A stretch of DNA of 64,000 nt from Nitrospirota bacterium (GCA_963818475.1 CAWFSF010000002.1:448001-512000), one strand, 5' to 3'. Counted from the stretch's first letter, positions 31,763 through 40,857 are shown. A program made the numbers and translations. The notes: generated from the sequence alone by a model not told the origin.

Positions 31763-32971
31763 CTACTGTTCCTTCCCGCAGGCCTTGCAATACCTCCCGT
31801 ATACCGGCGTGGGCTGATCACAGGCGTTGCAGGTTTTGAACTGCGCAAACCCGCAGAACGGGCAGGCGTTCGATCCTGCGGGAAGATGCTTCCCGCACTG
31901 CTGGCACAAGCCTTTGGCGATCCGCCGCTCCATCAGCTTCTGCCGCGAAAAGAGCTTCTTCTGAAAAATGTAGATAACGAACAGTGCCGCCGCGACCGCG
32001 AGCGCGATGACGAGATAATGCCAGAGCGCAACGAGCTTCAGCGATTCCAGCAGGTCAATGAGCTTCTTCAGCAGTTTCTTCGGGATGATGTCGTAGACGG
32101 TCTCGATGATCTTGAAGAAGACCGGGATGAACGAGACGACGAGGAGGTGCGAAGAGACCAGTGTCTGGATGCCGCGGTCCTTCCTTGTGCTTGCAGTGTT
32201 CCAGACATAAAAGATCGCTAAGAGCGGAAGCAGGAAAATCATCTGCATGCCCAGTCTTTTGACTGGGTGCCAGAAGTACATGCGTTGGAGATCGGACCTC
32301 AGCCGTTCCCGCTCAGCCGGCTGCAGGACCTTAATTTTTTCCCAGAACAGGCCGACCTTTTCGTTCCCATTGATCTTCTCTTCCGCCCCCGCAATCTGAG
32401 CGCGCAGGGTGTTCAGGGCGTTTGATTTCTCCTGAATATCCTTCTTAATGTTGTCGACATTCGCCTGTCCTTCCTTCTGTTCAGCAATGGTCTCCAGAAG
32501 AGAGGTGTCGTAGGCTCCCTTCAGATTACCGATTTCCCGCTGAAGCTCCCTAGCTTCGCGGTCGAAGTTGTTCCGATCGTCAAAAAGGGCGGTCAACTCC
32601 TTGTCGTTCTTTATCTGGTCAAGAAGGTCAAGATAGGGCGAGCAGACCGGATGGTGCTCTTTATTTTTCTCTTCGATCTGATAATAGCTGTTGCGGTGCG
32701 AGAGGATGATGCCGGAAAGATTCTCCATCCGGTTCGTGGGATTCCAGTCCCGGTTCAGGACGATCTCCCTGCAGGAATAAGGAATGTAGTCGTCTGGAGC
32801 GGAGAGCTGTTGGGTGTGTTTATCAAGGCCGTCGAATATCGAAAAGAGGATAAAGATGTCGAGGAAAAGAATGATGATCAGCGAAGCCTTGCTGATTGGC
32901 TGGCTGTCAAGACTGGTGAGATTGGATTTGATCCTGAATAATCTGTCCTTCATCGCTCCCAATATGCTCAT
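31763..32971 (-). CDS. Membrane protein with coiled coil and C-terminal double zinc ribbon
   Basis: TM segments, coiled coil, CQQC..CPFC..CNAC..CKAC. Confidence 0.75.
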   Translation of the reverse strand: MSILGAMKDRLFRIKSNLTSLDSQPISKASLIIILFLDIFILFSIFDGLDKHTQQLSAPDDYIPYSCREIVLNRDWNPTNRMENLSGIILSHRNSYYQIEEKNKEHHPVCSPYLDLLDQIKNDKELTALFDDRNNFDREARELQREIGNLKGAYDTSLLETIAEQKEGQANVDNIKKDIQEKSNALNTLRAQIAGAEEKINGNEKVGLFWEKIKVLQPAERERLRSDLQRMYFWHPVKRLGMQMIFLLPLLAIFYVWNTASTRKDRGIQTLVSSHLLVVSFIPVFFKIIETVYDIIPKKLLKKLIDLLESLKLVALWHYLVIALAVAAALFVIYIFQKKLFSRQKLMERRIAKGLCQQCGKHLPAGSNACPFCGFAQFKTCNACDQPTPVYGRYCKACGKEQ

Positions 32972-33127
32972 CGTTTCTCCCTTTAATGAACGTATTCGCT
33001 GCAGCTTGACCTTCGAAGCTGTTTGATGGCTGCCTTTTGTGGCGTGTTATTGCAACCTCTCCTTTTGGGTAATGACCAAAATCAACAGCTTGTCGCTGGA
33101 TCAAGATGCGGTCTTTATCCTAAAAAC

Positions 33128-33284
33128 GGCATTTGGACACGGAAGAATCGGAAACATCTGATTAACGCGGATAAATTCTAAAGCAAAGCATTCACCTATT
33201 GGGTGAACTTCTTATAAAAGAACTAATCCGCCGTTATCCGGCTCTTATCCGTGTTAATCCGTGTCCAAATGCTTTTTTTCAGGT
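33128..33284. repeat. Inverted-repeat element with GCATTTGGACACG ends
   Basis: ggcatttggacacgg at 33128 / ccgtgtccaaatgc at 33259; right end also at 26937 and 51676. Confidence 0.7.
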
Positions 33285-33626
33285 TCATAACCCCGACTTG
33301 CCGAGCAGCGCCCAAACAGCAAGAGCTGCGCCGAAGAGAGCGAGAATGACCGCAGCCGCGGCAAGCCGTTTGATCACCTTGATCTCTTGATGAAGCGCTG
33401 CAGCGCTGGCATCAATACCCTCCAGGGTCTCTTTCACTTGGGTGGCCAACGCCTTTACTGATTCGGCATTCCGGGTTACTGCAGCTTGAAGTTCTTCAAT
33501 TTGTGTTGGCACAACCTCTGCCGCCTTCTCCCGGCCGGGCTTTGAGGTGAAAGCGGGGATTGCTGCTGAAACGATTTGCGTTATGTAGGGGAGCGCCGCC
33601 TTCAGTACGGGAATCCACGCAGCCAT
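33285..33626 (-). CDS. Hypothetical protein (coiled coil, C-terminal TM)
   Basis: 113-aa ORF with GGAGG RBS. Confidence 0.7.
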   Translation of the reverse strand: MAAWIPVLKAALPYITQIVSAAIPAFTSKPGREKAAEVVPTQIEELQAAVTRNAESVKALATQVKETLEGIDASAAALHQEIKVIKRLAAAAVILALFGAALAVWALLGKSGL

Positions 33627-33707
33627 GTTATACCTCCGTTCTAAGAAAAAGGGAATGGAAGAAGCCTATCGATGAAGGTCATACGCTGCGAATGCTTTCC
33701 TCCTCCG

Positions 33708-34935
33708 CTAGTTCTCATTTCCCTGCTGCTCCGTCTCGACCTCATACCAGTTGATCTTTCGCGTCATATACATCACTACGGCAAGAATGATCAAGAGCCC
33801 GATACTGCCCATGATGAGCGCGTAATCCTCGAGCTGCAGAATTATAAACAGGTAGGAATACAGGACCGTCAGTATCCCCAGGATGGTGAGCGCAAATCTT
33901 GAATTGGATACGATCGCCTTTGCGTACCCCGAGATCATAAGCGTAACAGCGGTGGCCGACAGGAGGTAGGCATAATTAAAATGCATATGCTCGGACAATG
34001 ACAATACCAGTGTGTAAAAAATCAGGATTGCCATCCCAATGAGGATGTATTGAATGGGATGAACTCTCCGTTTATTGATTATTTCGGAAAAGAAGAACGC
34101 CGCAAAGGTGAAAACGAGGAACATGATCGAATATTTAGCAAGCCGCGTCGATTTCTGGTAAACATCGGCTGTCAGGATCAACTGCAGTCCGAAGGCCGAT
34201 GGTTCAACCTTATATTGAGCGCCTTCCCAGAATTGCGGGTAGTTTCTGTTCAGGTGCAGTATCTTCCAGCTTGCGGAAAAACCGTCTTTTTTCACCTCGC
34301 GGGCGACCGGCAGGAACGCGCCATTAAAGCTTGGCGAAGGCCAGCTTGAATTGATCTTGACCGTATTGGACTCGCCAACGGGGATAAGGCTTATCTGTTC
34401 GCTGCCGTTCAGGTTCAAGGCAAAGGAAAACTTGTTGGGCGCGTTCGGCGTCAAGGACCTGATCAGCGTGCCGACGCCTGCTTCGGCAAGATCGGTCGTC
34501 TTGAGCCCCGGGCTGGCATTATAGGCCACGCCGTTGAAGTTAAGGACGATCTTGTCCTGTATCCCGCGCATATCGGTAATGCCGAGCGAGAGATAGGCCT
34601 TGTCCCAGAGGATGTTCTTTTGATCGATGTTCAGCTGGCTCATGGGCGGCAGTTTGAAGTTTCCGCTGAACTGGAGCTTGACATTATAGAGGACCGCCTC
34701 AAAGAGGCTTCGATAGCGCACTTCGGGTTTTATTTCGCCGATTACATCCACTGTTTCAGGCAGGATGTGCAGATAGTTGAGATTGAATTGTGTTTTTCCA
34801 TCGTCGTCTTTGAAAAATGTCTTGAAGGGGACGGTAATGAACGGCCCGGTTATCGTCTGACGGTCTCCCCATTTTTGGCTGATCTCGTGCACGACCGAAT
34901 CTCGTCGATCCTGTCGTTCGCTTATCAGGCTTTGG
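33708..34935 (-). pseudogene. creD: Inner membrane protein CreD, 5'-truncated
   Basis: WPSPSFNGAFLP, KYSIMFL, HPIQYILIG, LSLSEH, LEDYALIMGS, MYMTRKINWY; similarity begins at QSLISERQDR and the first TM/start is missing. Confidence 0.75.
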
Positions 34936-34945
34936 TACTGCCTGG

Positions 34946-34975
34946 TGTCGGGTTCGCAAGGTCGCTCTACCCGAC
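34946..34975. repeat. REP-like hairpin at the creD breakpoint
   Basis: gtcgggttcgcaaggtcgctctacccgac. Confidence 0.5.
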
Positions 34976-35066
34976 CAACGAGCTACCGCCACATTGCTCC
35001 TTCGAATAAAGCAGATCCGGGTTCAATGCCATCACATGATACATGCCGTTCAAATTAGCGATCATG

Positions 35067-35768
35067 TCAAGGAACATCGCTTTCTTCCCACGTTACTTCT
35101 TTCATATCAGGAAGAGCTGACAGACGTTTAACAATATCGGACCAGTGTTTTTGACTTTCGTCGCTGTGATGCAGCCGCATGCGGTACGTAACGGTATTTG
35201 CGGAAATGTCCCTGTGGTAATTAACGAACTGGAGAGAGAGGTCTTTGTATTCGGCGAGAAGCTCTTTGATGTGACCCAGGAGCCCTTCCGTGGTAACTGC
35301 CTTCACCGTGAGGCTTGTGTAAATTCTACGGTGAGAAAGGGCTTTTACCGGGTAGGCGAGATAGAGACTCGCAAGAATAATGGCCGTCGTTACTAAGGCG
35401 GTGATAATGTATCCTGCACCGACAGCAAGGCCGATACCGGTAGCCGCCCAGAGCCCCGCAGCAGTGGTCAATCCTCGCACGGAACCCTTGCCTTTAATTA
35501 TCGCGCCAGCCCCCAGAAAACCCATGCTGGCAATTGCATAGGAAGCGATTCTGCCGGGATCAAGACGTACCACGGATTTATCTGAGAGAGTTCGATAGAG
35601 CTCCTCCATGTGCAGGGAGAGCATCATCATGAGGCAGGAGGCCACGCCGACGATAACGTAGGTCCTGAATCCGGCTGCCTGTCCGTGAGCTTCACGCTCA
35701 AATCCTATTGCACCTCCAACAGCCGCTGCGAGCAATAGCTTGCCGATATCATACGTGATCGTGTCCAT
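35067..35768 (-). CDS. MgtC/SapB family protein
   Basis: IGFERE, AGFRT, DPGRIA, GFLGAGAI, VRGLTTAAGLW. Confidence 0.92.
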   Translation of the reverse strand: MDTITYDIGKLLLAAAVGGAIGFEREAHGQAAGFRTYVIVGVASCLMMMLSLHMEELYRTLSDKSVVRLDPGRIASYAIASMGFLGAGAIIKGKGSVRGLTTAAGLWAATGIGLAVGAGYIITALVTTAIILASLYLAYPVKALSHRRIYTSLTVKAVTTEGLLGHIKELLAEYKDLSLQFVNYHRDISANTVTYRMRLHHSDESQKHWSDIVKRLSALPDMKEVTWEESDVP

Positions 35769-35814
35769 AGAATTAACTCCATGCCCTGTTATATTCGTTC
35801 TTAGTCCCCGTGCG

Positions 35815-35873
35815 GTTTAACGATGAGTTGAGCCCCGCGCCGGAGAGCGCGGGGCTCGAACGACTTGTTAGCT
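35815..35873 (-). mobile_element. attC site (59 bp)
   Basis: Minus strand AGCTAAC-aagtcgttcgagccccgcgctctccggcgcggggctcaactcatc-GTTAAAC. Confidence 0.92.
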
Positions 35874-36377
35874 TTTATATAGGTCTGACCACGCCAGTCT
35901 CTCCTCAAGCAGTTCATCAATCTCTGAGGTATCTAAATTGATAAGAAGGGCACCGATCTTGTGATCCCCCCTAGCAAGTGCAAGCGCGCCCAGAATACTT
36001 CTGATGAGAAGTGGATCTGTTGTATTCTGCAAATCTGCGATTCCGAGCTGAAGCAGCTTTTGCCAAGCTTGTTCATATTCTTTGAGTAGCCATGAAGGAA
36101 TGGCCGGATTAGCTTTCCGATGCCTTTCAATTTCAATTGTTGATATCAACGCATAAAGATTCCAGTCTCGCTCAGCAACTGTCTGGCTAATTTTCACAAT
36201 ATGGGGTACTGCTGCGTAAGATGCCTCGCCAACATCGCCTTGATGATGTAGATTCTCCCAAAGCTCGCCCCAGACTGCTTTATCAAGTTCAAGTTTCCGC
36301 AGGGCAGGCGTTGGGTCGTATTCAATCTTGTATCCGCCCTTAAGCTTTTGCCATCTTGGGTCATCGAGTTCCATCAT
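35868..36377 (-). CDS. Gene cassette 4, hypothetical 169 aa
   Basis: ORF fills the space between two attC sites; stop codon inside R''. Confidence 0.85.
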   Translation of the reverse strand: MMELDDPRWQKLKGGYKIEYDPTPALRKLELDKAVWGELWENLHHQGDVGEASYAAVPHIVKISQTVAERDWNLYALISTIEIERHRKANPAIPSWLLKEYEQAWQKLLQLGIADLQNTTDPLLIRSILGALALARGDHKIGALLINLDTSEIDELLEERLAWSDLYKS

Positions 36378-36385
36378 ATTCCCTC

Positions 36386-36441
36386 AGCTAACGCGGAGTT
36401 CACACGCCGCGAAGCGGTCGGCGTGGAACGACAAGTTTGAC
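36386..36441 (-). mobile_element. attC site (56 bp)
   Basis: GTCAAAC-ttgtcgttccacgccgaccgcttcgcggcgtgtgaactccgc-GTTAGCT. Confidence 0.88.
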
Positions 36442-36455
36442 TTCGGCATTAACTA

Positions 36456-36893
36456 CTAGTCGCCTATGAAGCGGATAAAGTGATGTGGCCCTGCGTTCGC
36501 CGTCTCTTGTAAAAGTTTCAAGACTTTTTCTATGTGCAACTTCATTTTAGTGAGTTCTGATTTTAGCTCAAATTCACTCGCATTTGTTCGAGTTTCATAC
36601 TCCTTTACGATGGTTGCATCCCAGTTCGCACGACGTGCGGCCTTCAACCCTTCTTCTCTATATGCACGTAGACGCTTCGTTGTGATTACGGCTAAAGCTG
36701 CCCTGAACTCGTCAATAAGTATCGGAATCTGTAATTGATTAAATATCGTGTCGCCGTATGGATCAATGAATCCGAGACATCTCGTTCCTTCCAGTTTTGC
36801 AGTGCCTAACAGGAGGCTGACAAACCCGCGTGGGTCGCCAAGCGTCTCTTCATCAGCCTTATCCGACGGCTCAATTTTCAAATCAATACCCAT
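36456..36893 (-). CDS. Gene cassette 3, hypothetical 145 aa
   Basis: Start MGIDLKIE just after attC R'; FIDPYGDTIFNQLQ..FIRFIGD. Confidence 0.8.
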   Translation of the reverse strand: MGIDLKIEPSDKADEETLGDPRGFVSLLLGTAKLEGTRCLGFIDPYGDTIFNQLQIPILIDEFRAALAVITTKRLRAYREEGLKAARRANWDATIVKEYETRTNASEFELKSELTKMKLHIEKVLKLLQETANAGPHHFIRFIGD

Positions 36894-36904
36894 AATTATA
36901 TACC

Positions 36905-36976
36905 GTCCAACGACCAAGCTCAGCCGAGGAAGGCCACAAACGCGGCCTGACGTCGGCTGGAGCACTCGTGCTATGT
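36905..36976 (-). mobile_element. attC site with degenerate R''
   Basis: ACATAGC-acgagtgctccagccgacgtcaggccgcg..ggccttcctcggctgagcttggtc-GTTGGAC. Confidence 0.78.
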
Positions 36977-36981
36977 TGCTG

Positions 36982-37245
36982 CTAGGCACCGAAGAAGACC
37001 CAACTGCTGGACGAACGAGTGACCAAATCTTCTTCGGTTTGAAAAACCCGGACTACCTCGTTTGGATTAAACGGCATTTCCTTCTCACCCTGCACGGAGA
37101 AAACTTCGTTCGGATAGACGAGCAGCACCTTGTGAATGATTCTTCCGTTCGCAAGCTCTACGCTGACAATCGAGCCGTCCTGTTTGAATTCTTCAAATGG
37201 ACCATAGCGACGAATCACATCAATTGGAATTTCATATTTAGCCAT
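36982..37245 (-). CDS. Gene cassette 2, hypothetical 87 aa
   Basis: ORF bounded by attC sites. Confidence 0.8.
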   Translation of the reverse strand: MAKYEIPIDVIRRYGPFEEFKQDGSIVSVELANGRIIHKVLLVYPNEVFSVQGEKEMPFNPNEVVRVFQTEEDLVTRSSSSWVFFGA

Positions 37246-37265
37246 AGGTACTCAGCTCTTTTGCA

Positions 37266-37330
37266 ACATAATGCTCAGCTAAGGGGCGCGGTGGTCTTTT
37301 GCCGCGTCCCTCTTGAGCGTTTTGTTATAT
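37266..37330 (-). mobile_element. attC site with mutated R' core (ATT instead of GTT)
   Basis: ATATAAC-aaaacgctcaagagggacgcggcaaaagaccaccgcgccccttagctgagc-ATTATGT. Confidence 0.82.
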
Positions 37331-38169
37331 TTTTCTACTGGCTTAACACCCTCAACAATTGATGTGGGCTTACTACCTTTAAGTTCTTTTTCTAGCGTTA
37401 ACGGCCCGATTTCTTCTGGTTTAAATGAGATGTTATTTTCTGAAGAGATTTTGCGGATTGTATATGTTCGAATTACTTGTTTCGTAATCCTATTAATAGG
37501 GGCACTCACAACAGTGTCTCCATATTGACGCAAAACAACCTCGTCATCACTCCCTATGACAAGCAAATATTCCACTTGACGTCGTGCTGTTCCGAGTCCG
37601 GCAGAGTATGAAATTGTAAGTAAAAAAATGGTTACTAAAACAACCATGATCCAGCTGACACCGTAATACCTTGAAATATTATCAAGCACGGTATCATAAC
37701 GTAAATCTTCTTCATGTCTGTGCTGAATGCGCTCGGCATAGCTTCGCTTATCTCGGAATGCTAAAGCCGGAAGAATGAAGTCAAAGAAAACCATAAGACC
37801 AAAAAGAATCCAAAGATATTTTAAATTCGCAATATTTTCTCCGGCTATTAACACATAAGCTATGAATACTAAGAGAAAACCATTGTAAAGCCTTAAACGT
37901 CGCCGAATAGGAGTTGGAAGTTTTATCCACAACGGATTGAAGACCTCGGCAGTCTGCCAGAGTAAAAATATGATACCTAGTAAGTAAACAAAAGCAAGAA
38001 ATGTTCCAGGCAATGTGATTTCTATTAGTTGAGCTGATATCCCATAATATTTGACAATACCCAATTCATATACATATGCGACTGCATATGAGAAGGCCGG
38101 AAAAGCGGCGATCAACAGAGCGCTAGAAATCCAAGTCTCTTTTTTGTTTGATTCGTTTTCTGTATTCAT
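37279..38169 (-). CDS. Gene cassette 1, multi-TM membrane protein 296 aa
   Basis: AT-rich ORF with ~5 hydrophobic segments; reads into its own attC. Confidence 0.82.
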   Translation of the reverse strand: MNTENESNKKETWISSALLIAAFPAFSYAVAYVYELGIVKYYGISAQLIEITLPGTFLAFVYLLGIIFLLWQTAEVFNPLWIKLPTPIRRRLRLYNGFLLVFIAYVLIAGENIANLKYLWILFGLMVFFDFILPALAFRDKRSYAERIQHRHEEDLRYDTVLDNISRYYGVSWIMVVLVTIFLLTISYSAGLGTARRQVEYLLVIGSDDEVVLRQYGDTVVSAPINRITKQVIRTYTIRKISSENNISFKPEEIGPLTLEKELKGSKPTSIVEGVKPVEKYNKTLKRDAAKDHRAP

Positions 38170-38175
38170 AGCAAT

Positions 38176-38200
38176 TTATAACCAGTTATTGACTATAAGT
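38176..38200 (-). mobile_element. Candidate attI (array start)
   Basis: cttatagtcaat-aactg-GTTATAA; R site matches cassette 1 R'' ATATAAC at 6/7; no attC left arm seen upstream. Confidence 0.55.
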
Positions 38201-38206
38201 AAATCG

Positions 38207-38318
38207 GTTTGTAATATTACAAACAAGTTTATAATATTAGATGCCGGTTTGTAATAGTATAAACTTCCAAGGTTTGTAGTATTACAAACCCGACTTAATC
38301 ACTTGGGTTTCTAATATT
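38207..38318. repeat. Array of 18-bp palindromes, consensus GTTTGTAATATTACAAAC
   Basis: Copies start at 38207, 38227, 38247, 38272 and 38307; the last is split by the IS and completed at 40195-40200. Confidence 0.85.
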
Positions 38319-40188
38319 GATGGTCTCGTAAGAAGTCACGCAGCAAAAAACGCCGCGAATTGCATATCCGACCACTGGAGACTGCCCCAACATCTAATGG
38401 CCGCCATAACTCGCTGCAATCGCTCTTTGAAAGCGCAAGACGACAAGGAAAAGGTGCCTATCGGAGCCGGTTTCCCTTCGGTTTCCCGGTTTCGATACGC
38501 CGCCGCCCGGATGATATTGATCCCCGCCGCTTTTAAGTAAGCGGCGCAGCTCACTGCGGACATGCCCCGAACGCGAAGGTTCTTGATTCCGGTCAAGCGA
38601 TCAAGCTGGGACATGGTCCCTTCGATTCCCGCACGAAAGCGGTACCGGTCCCGAAACTCCGGGGAGTCTTCGTACACACGCCGCCGTGCCAGACGGATTG
38701 CTTTAACGTCGTACCTGAGAGAGCGTCCATGTTTGATAGCTTTCGTCGGGCACGTTTTCTTTCGGGAACAGCCGCGACAGGTTCTTTTTGAGAAAAACGC
38801 GAAGTACTTCTCAGTCTGGCTTTCGGTGTGTTCCGGCGCACATCCCATCGGACATGCGGTTACCTCGTTCACACTGTTCATGGTGAATTCCGTGAGCGAC
38901 GAAGCCTTGGGTCCTGTGCCCTTGACCGGCGAAACGATTTCAACACCCAGAGCTGCCGCCTTCCGGCAGTTCTCGTAACCGCCATAAAGGGTATCGGCCA
39001 GGGCTTCCTTCGGCTTCAGGCCAAGCTCCTCGGTGGTTTCGATGAGCGGGATCAGGGCATGAGCATCGCGCTTGTGGGCAGGTTCGACGATCACACCGGT
39101 GATCAAATTCAGGGTGTCGATATCCTCGGAAGTGCCGTAGCTTTCGGCGACCTGCATCTGATAGCCTTGGCCCTTATAGCCGCTATATCCGGCCTCAGGG
39201 TCGGAAGGGTTCTGCAATGAGTCAGACGAGACGTCTTTGTTCTCTTTGACCAAGACCTGGGTTGTATGCGTATCAACACGCTCCAGGATGCACTGTTCCT
39301 TGAGCAGCCGGACAAGGAACTGATAGCTGGTCATGGTGACAACCGGCTCGTTTCCCCTGAAACGTTCCACCAGGGTGAATACGTCCTCAGCCAGGCTTGC
39401 AAGTGTCTTCGTCGATTCCGAAGGCTTGATCATCGAGAAGACGCCTTCACCCTGCTTGGTCATGTACCGATCGGAGAGAGTCTTGTCCAAAGCTTCGTAG
39501 AGCTCTTTATGATGGCGCTTGAGGTTTACGAGGAACTTCTTGATGGTCTTGACGAACAGTCCGATCCGGCCCAAATGGCGCATGTTGGAAAAGATATGGA
39601 CCGAGTCGAAACGCTGTTTTGATACGTCAACGGAAAAGACCTCGGCAAGTTTCTTGGTAACGTCATCGAAGATATCCTGGTACAGGTTCCGCTCGGTCAG
39701 GACATTCCGCATGGTCCAGAGGGTTTTGGGACTGACATAAGCGTCGGCATCGGCCGTACTGGTAATGTTCAGCGCGTAATGCCACTGGAGATTGTAGGCA
39801 TACTGGTCTACTGCTTCCTCGTCGGTCATATCGTGCATCTGCTGGATCATCATGAGGCCGAGCATGGCGTAAAGCTCCTTGGTCGGCGCTCCCATGACCG
39901 GGTTGTACTTGGAGAAGACCTTCTCGACCGGAAGTGTAGGGAGGATGTGTTCCCGAAAGATCTTTGCCCAGGACGCCTCGATGCGTTGCTTTCGCTTGGG
40001 ACCCAGGAAGGGAAACTGGTCGAACATGTCGTGGGTTTTGTGATCCTTAGTATAGATCATGCCGGCTCCTCAAATGCGATGAGTGATACCGTTGTGTATC
40101 ACAAAACCCCTTGTGCTGCAAAGGAAATATGATGATTCATGCGATTATTTTTGGCTGATTATGCAAATATTATTCTTACGAGACCATC
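38319..40188 (-). mobile_element. Complete insertion sequence, IS1182/IS5-like
   Basis: Perfect 16-bp terminal IR GATGGTCTCGTAAGAA; AATATT duplication at 38313-38318 and 40189-40194. Confidence 0.92.
38336..40060 (-). CDS. DDE transposase (574 aa)
   Basis: QRFDSVHI, QNPSDPEAGY, ADTLYG, YRFRAGIEGTMSQL. Confidence 0.9.
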   Translation of the reverse strand: MIYTKDHKTHDMFDQFPFLGPKRKQRIEASWAKIFREHILPTLPVEKVFSKYNPVMGAPTKELYAMLGLMMIQQMHDMTDEEAVDQYAYNLQWHYALNITSTADADAYVSPKTLWTMRNVLTERNLYQDIFDDVTKKLAEVFSVDVSKQRFDSVHIFSNMRHLGRIGLFVKTIKKFLVNLKRHHKELYEALDKTLSDRYMTKQGEGVFSMIKPSESTKTLASLAEDVFTLVERFRGNEPVVTMTSYQFLVRLLKEQCILERVDTHTTQVLVKENKDVSSDSLQNPSDPEAGYSGYKGQGYQMQVAESYGTSEDIDTLNLITGVIVEPAHKRDAHALIPLIETTEELGLKPKEALADTLYGGYENCRKAAALGVEIVSPVKGTGPKASSLTEFTMNSVNEVTACPMGCAPEHTESQTEKYFAFFSKRTCRGCSRKKTCPTKAIKHGRSLRYDVKAIRLARRRVYEDSPEFRDRYRFRAGIEGTMSQLDRLTGIKNLRVRGMSAVSCAAYLKAAGINIIRAAAYRNRETEGKPAPIGTFSLSSCAFKERLQRVMAAIRCWGSLQWSDMQFAAFFAA

Positions 40189-40194
40189 AATATT

Positions 40195-40356
40195 ACAAGC
40201 TTTTCTAATTCGTTGCTCATGATTTTACCGTATTCTATGTACCATGCCTTTGCCTCCGGATCCTATTTTCCCTGCTGCGCCCCTGACCTTCTCCCTTAAA
40301 GCTTTGTCGCCATATCCAATACGCACGGGACCCATGGTGTTCAGGTCTACTTTCAT
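40195..40356 (-). pseudogene. Remnant of a small basic protein gene; 3' end continues at 38318-38282 across the IS
   Basis: PVRIGYGDKALREKVRGAAGK, +1 shift with TAG, DPEAKAWYIEYGKIMSNELEKLVI, then LETQVIKSGL* after removing the IS. Confidence 0.55.
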
Positions 40357-40401
40357 GTCATCTTACTAAAATACTTTCGGACCCTTCAAAATTCAGCCGC
40401 A

Positions 40402-40857
40402 TCAGCACCAATCGGGATTAGCTGCGGTTATCATCGACTTTGCCGCCAGGATCATCTCATCCAGGTCTTCCAGGTTCACGCTCTTGGCGTCCTGTTCATG
40501 GATGTAGCGCCACCGGGCAAAGGCGGTGTCGAGTGTTTCGAAGTGTTTCAGCAGCTCGTCCGAGGACAGCGCCGTGTTGGAGAACTCGTCGAACCTGACG
40601 AGGAGCGTCTTCCGGGTCTCGTCCTTCATACGCCGAAACAGACCGGCCAGGGGCATGGGGTCGTCGCTGTCGTTGTCCTCGAGCGCCAGCAGGCACTTGA
40701 AGTAGAGCTTGAGCGCCAGGGCGGCGCAGGTCACCGCGGGCTGGGCCATCGACAGGAATGTTCCGTCCGCCTGTTTCGACGGTTTCATGAGGATCGTAGC
40801 CCCAAGGTAGTAAGCGTTTGCAGAGTTGTAGTACAACAGCGCGTTTGCCTTGTCCAT
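40402..40857 (-). CDS. HEPN-like protein with degenerate motifs
   Basis: ALALKLYFKCLL, LAGLF, AFARWRYIHE pattern; AAGGAGG RBS. Confidence 0.55.
   Translation of the reverse strand: MDKANALLYYNSANAYYLGATILMKPSKQADGTFLSMAQPAVTCAALALKLYFKCLLALEDNDSDDPMPLAGLFRRMKDETRKTLLVRFDEFSNTALSSDELLKHFETLDTAFARWRYIHEQDAKSVNLEDLDEMILAAKSMITAANPDWC

Noticed and set aside
36894-36989. N-terminal extension of the cassette 3 ORF in the ORF track
   Set aside because: It translates the attC site; the true start is most likely ATG 36893.
38207-38318. CRISPR array
   Set aside because: Spacers are only 2-17 bp, repeats 18 bp, and there are no cas genes.
40225-40290. IntI remnant suggested by IGSGGKG in one frame
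   Set aside because: No other tyrosine recombinase motifs; the shifted frame fits the small-protein remnant better.
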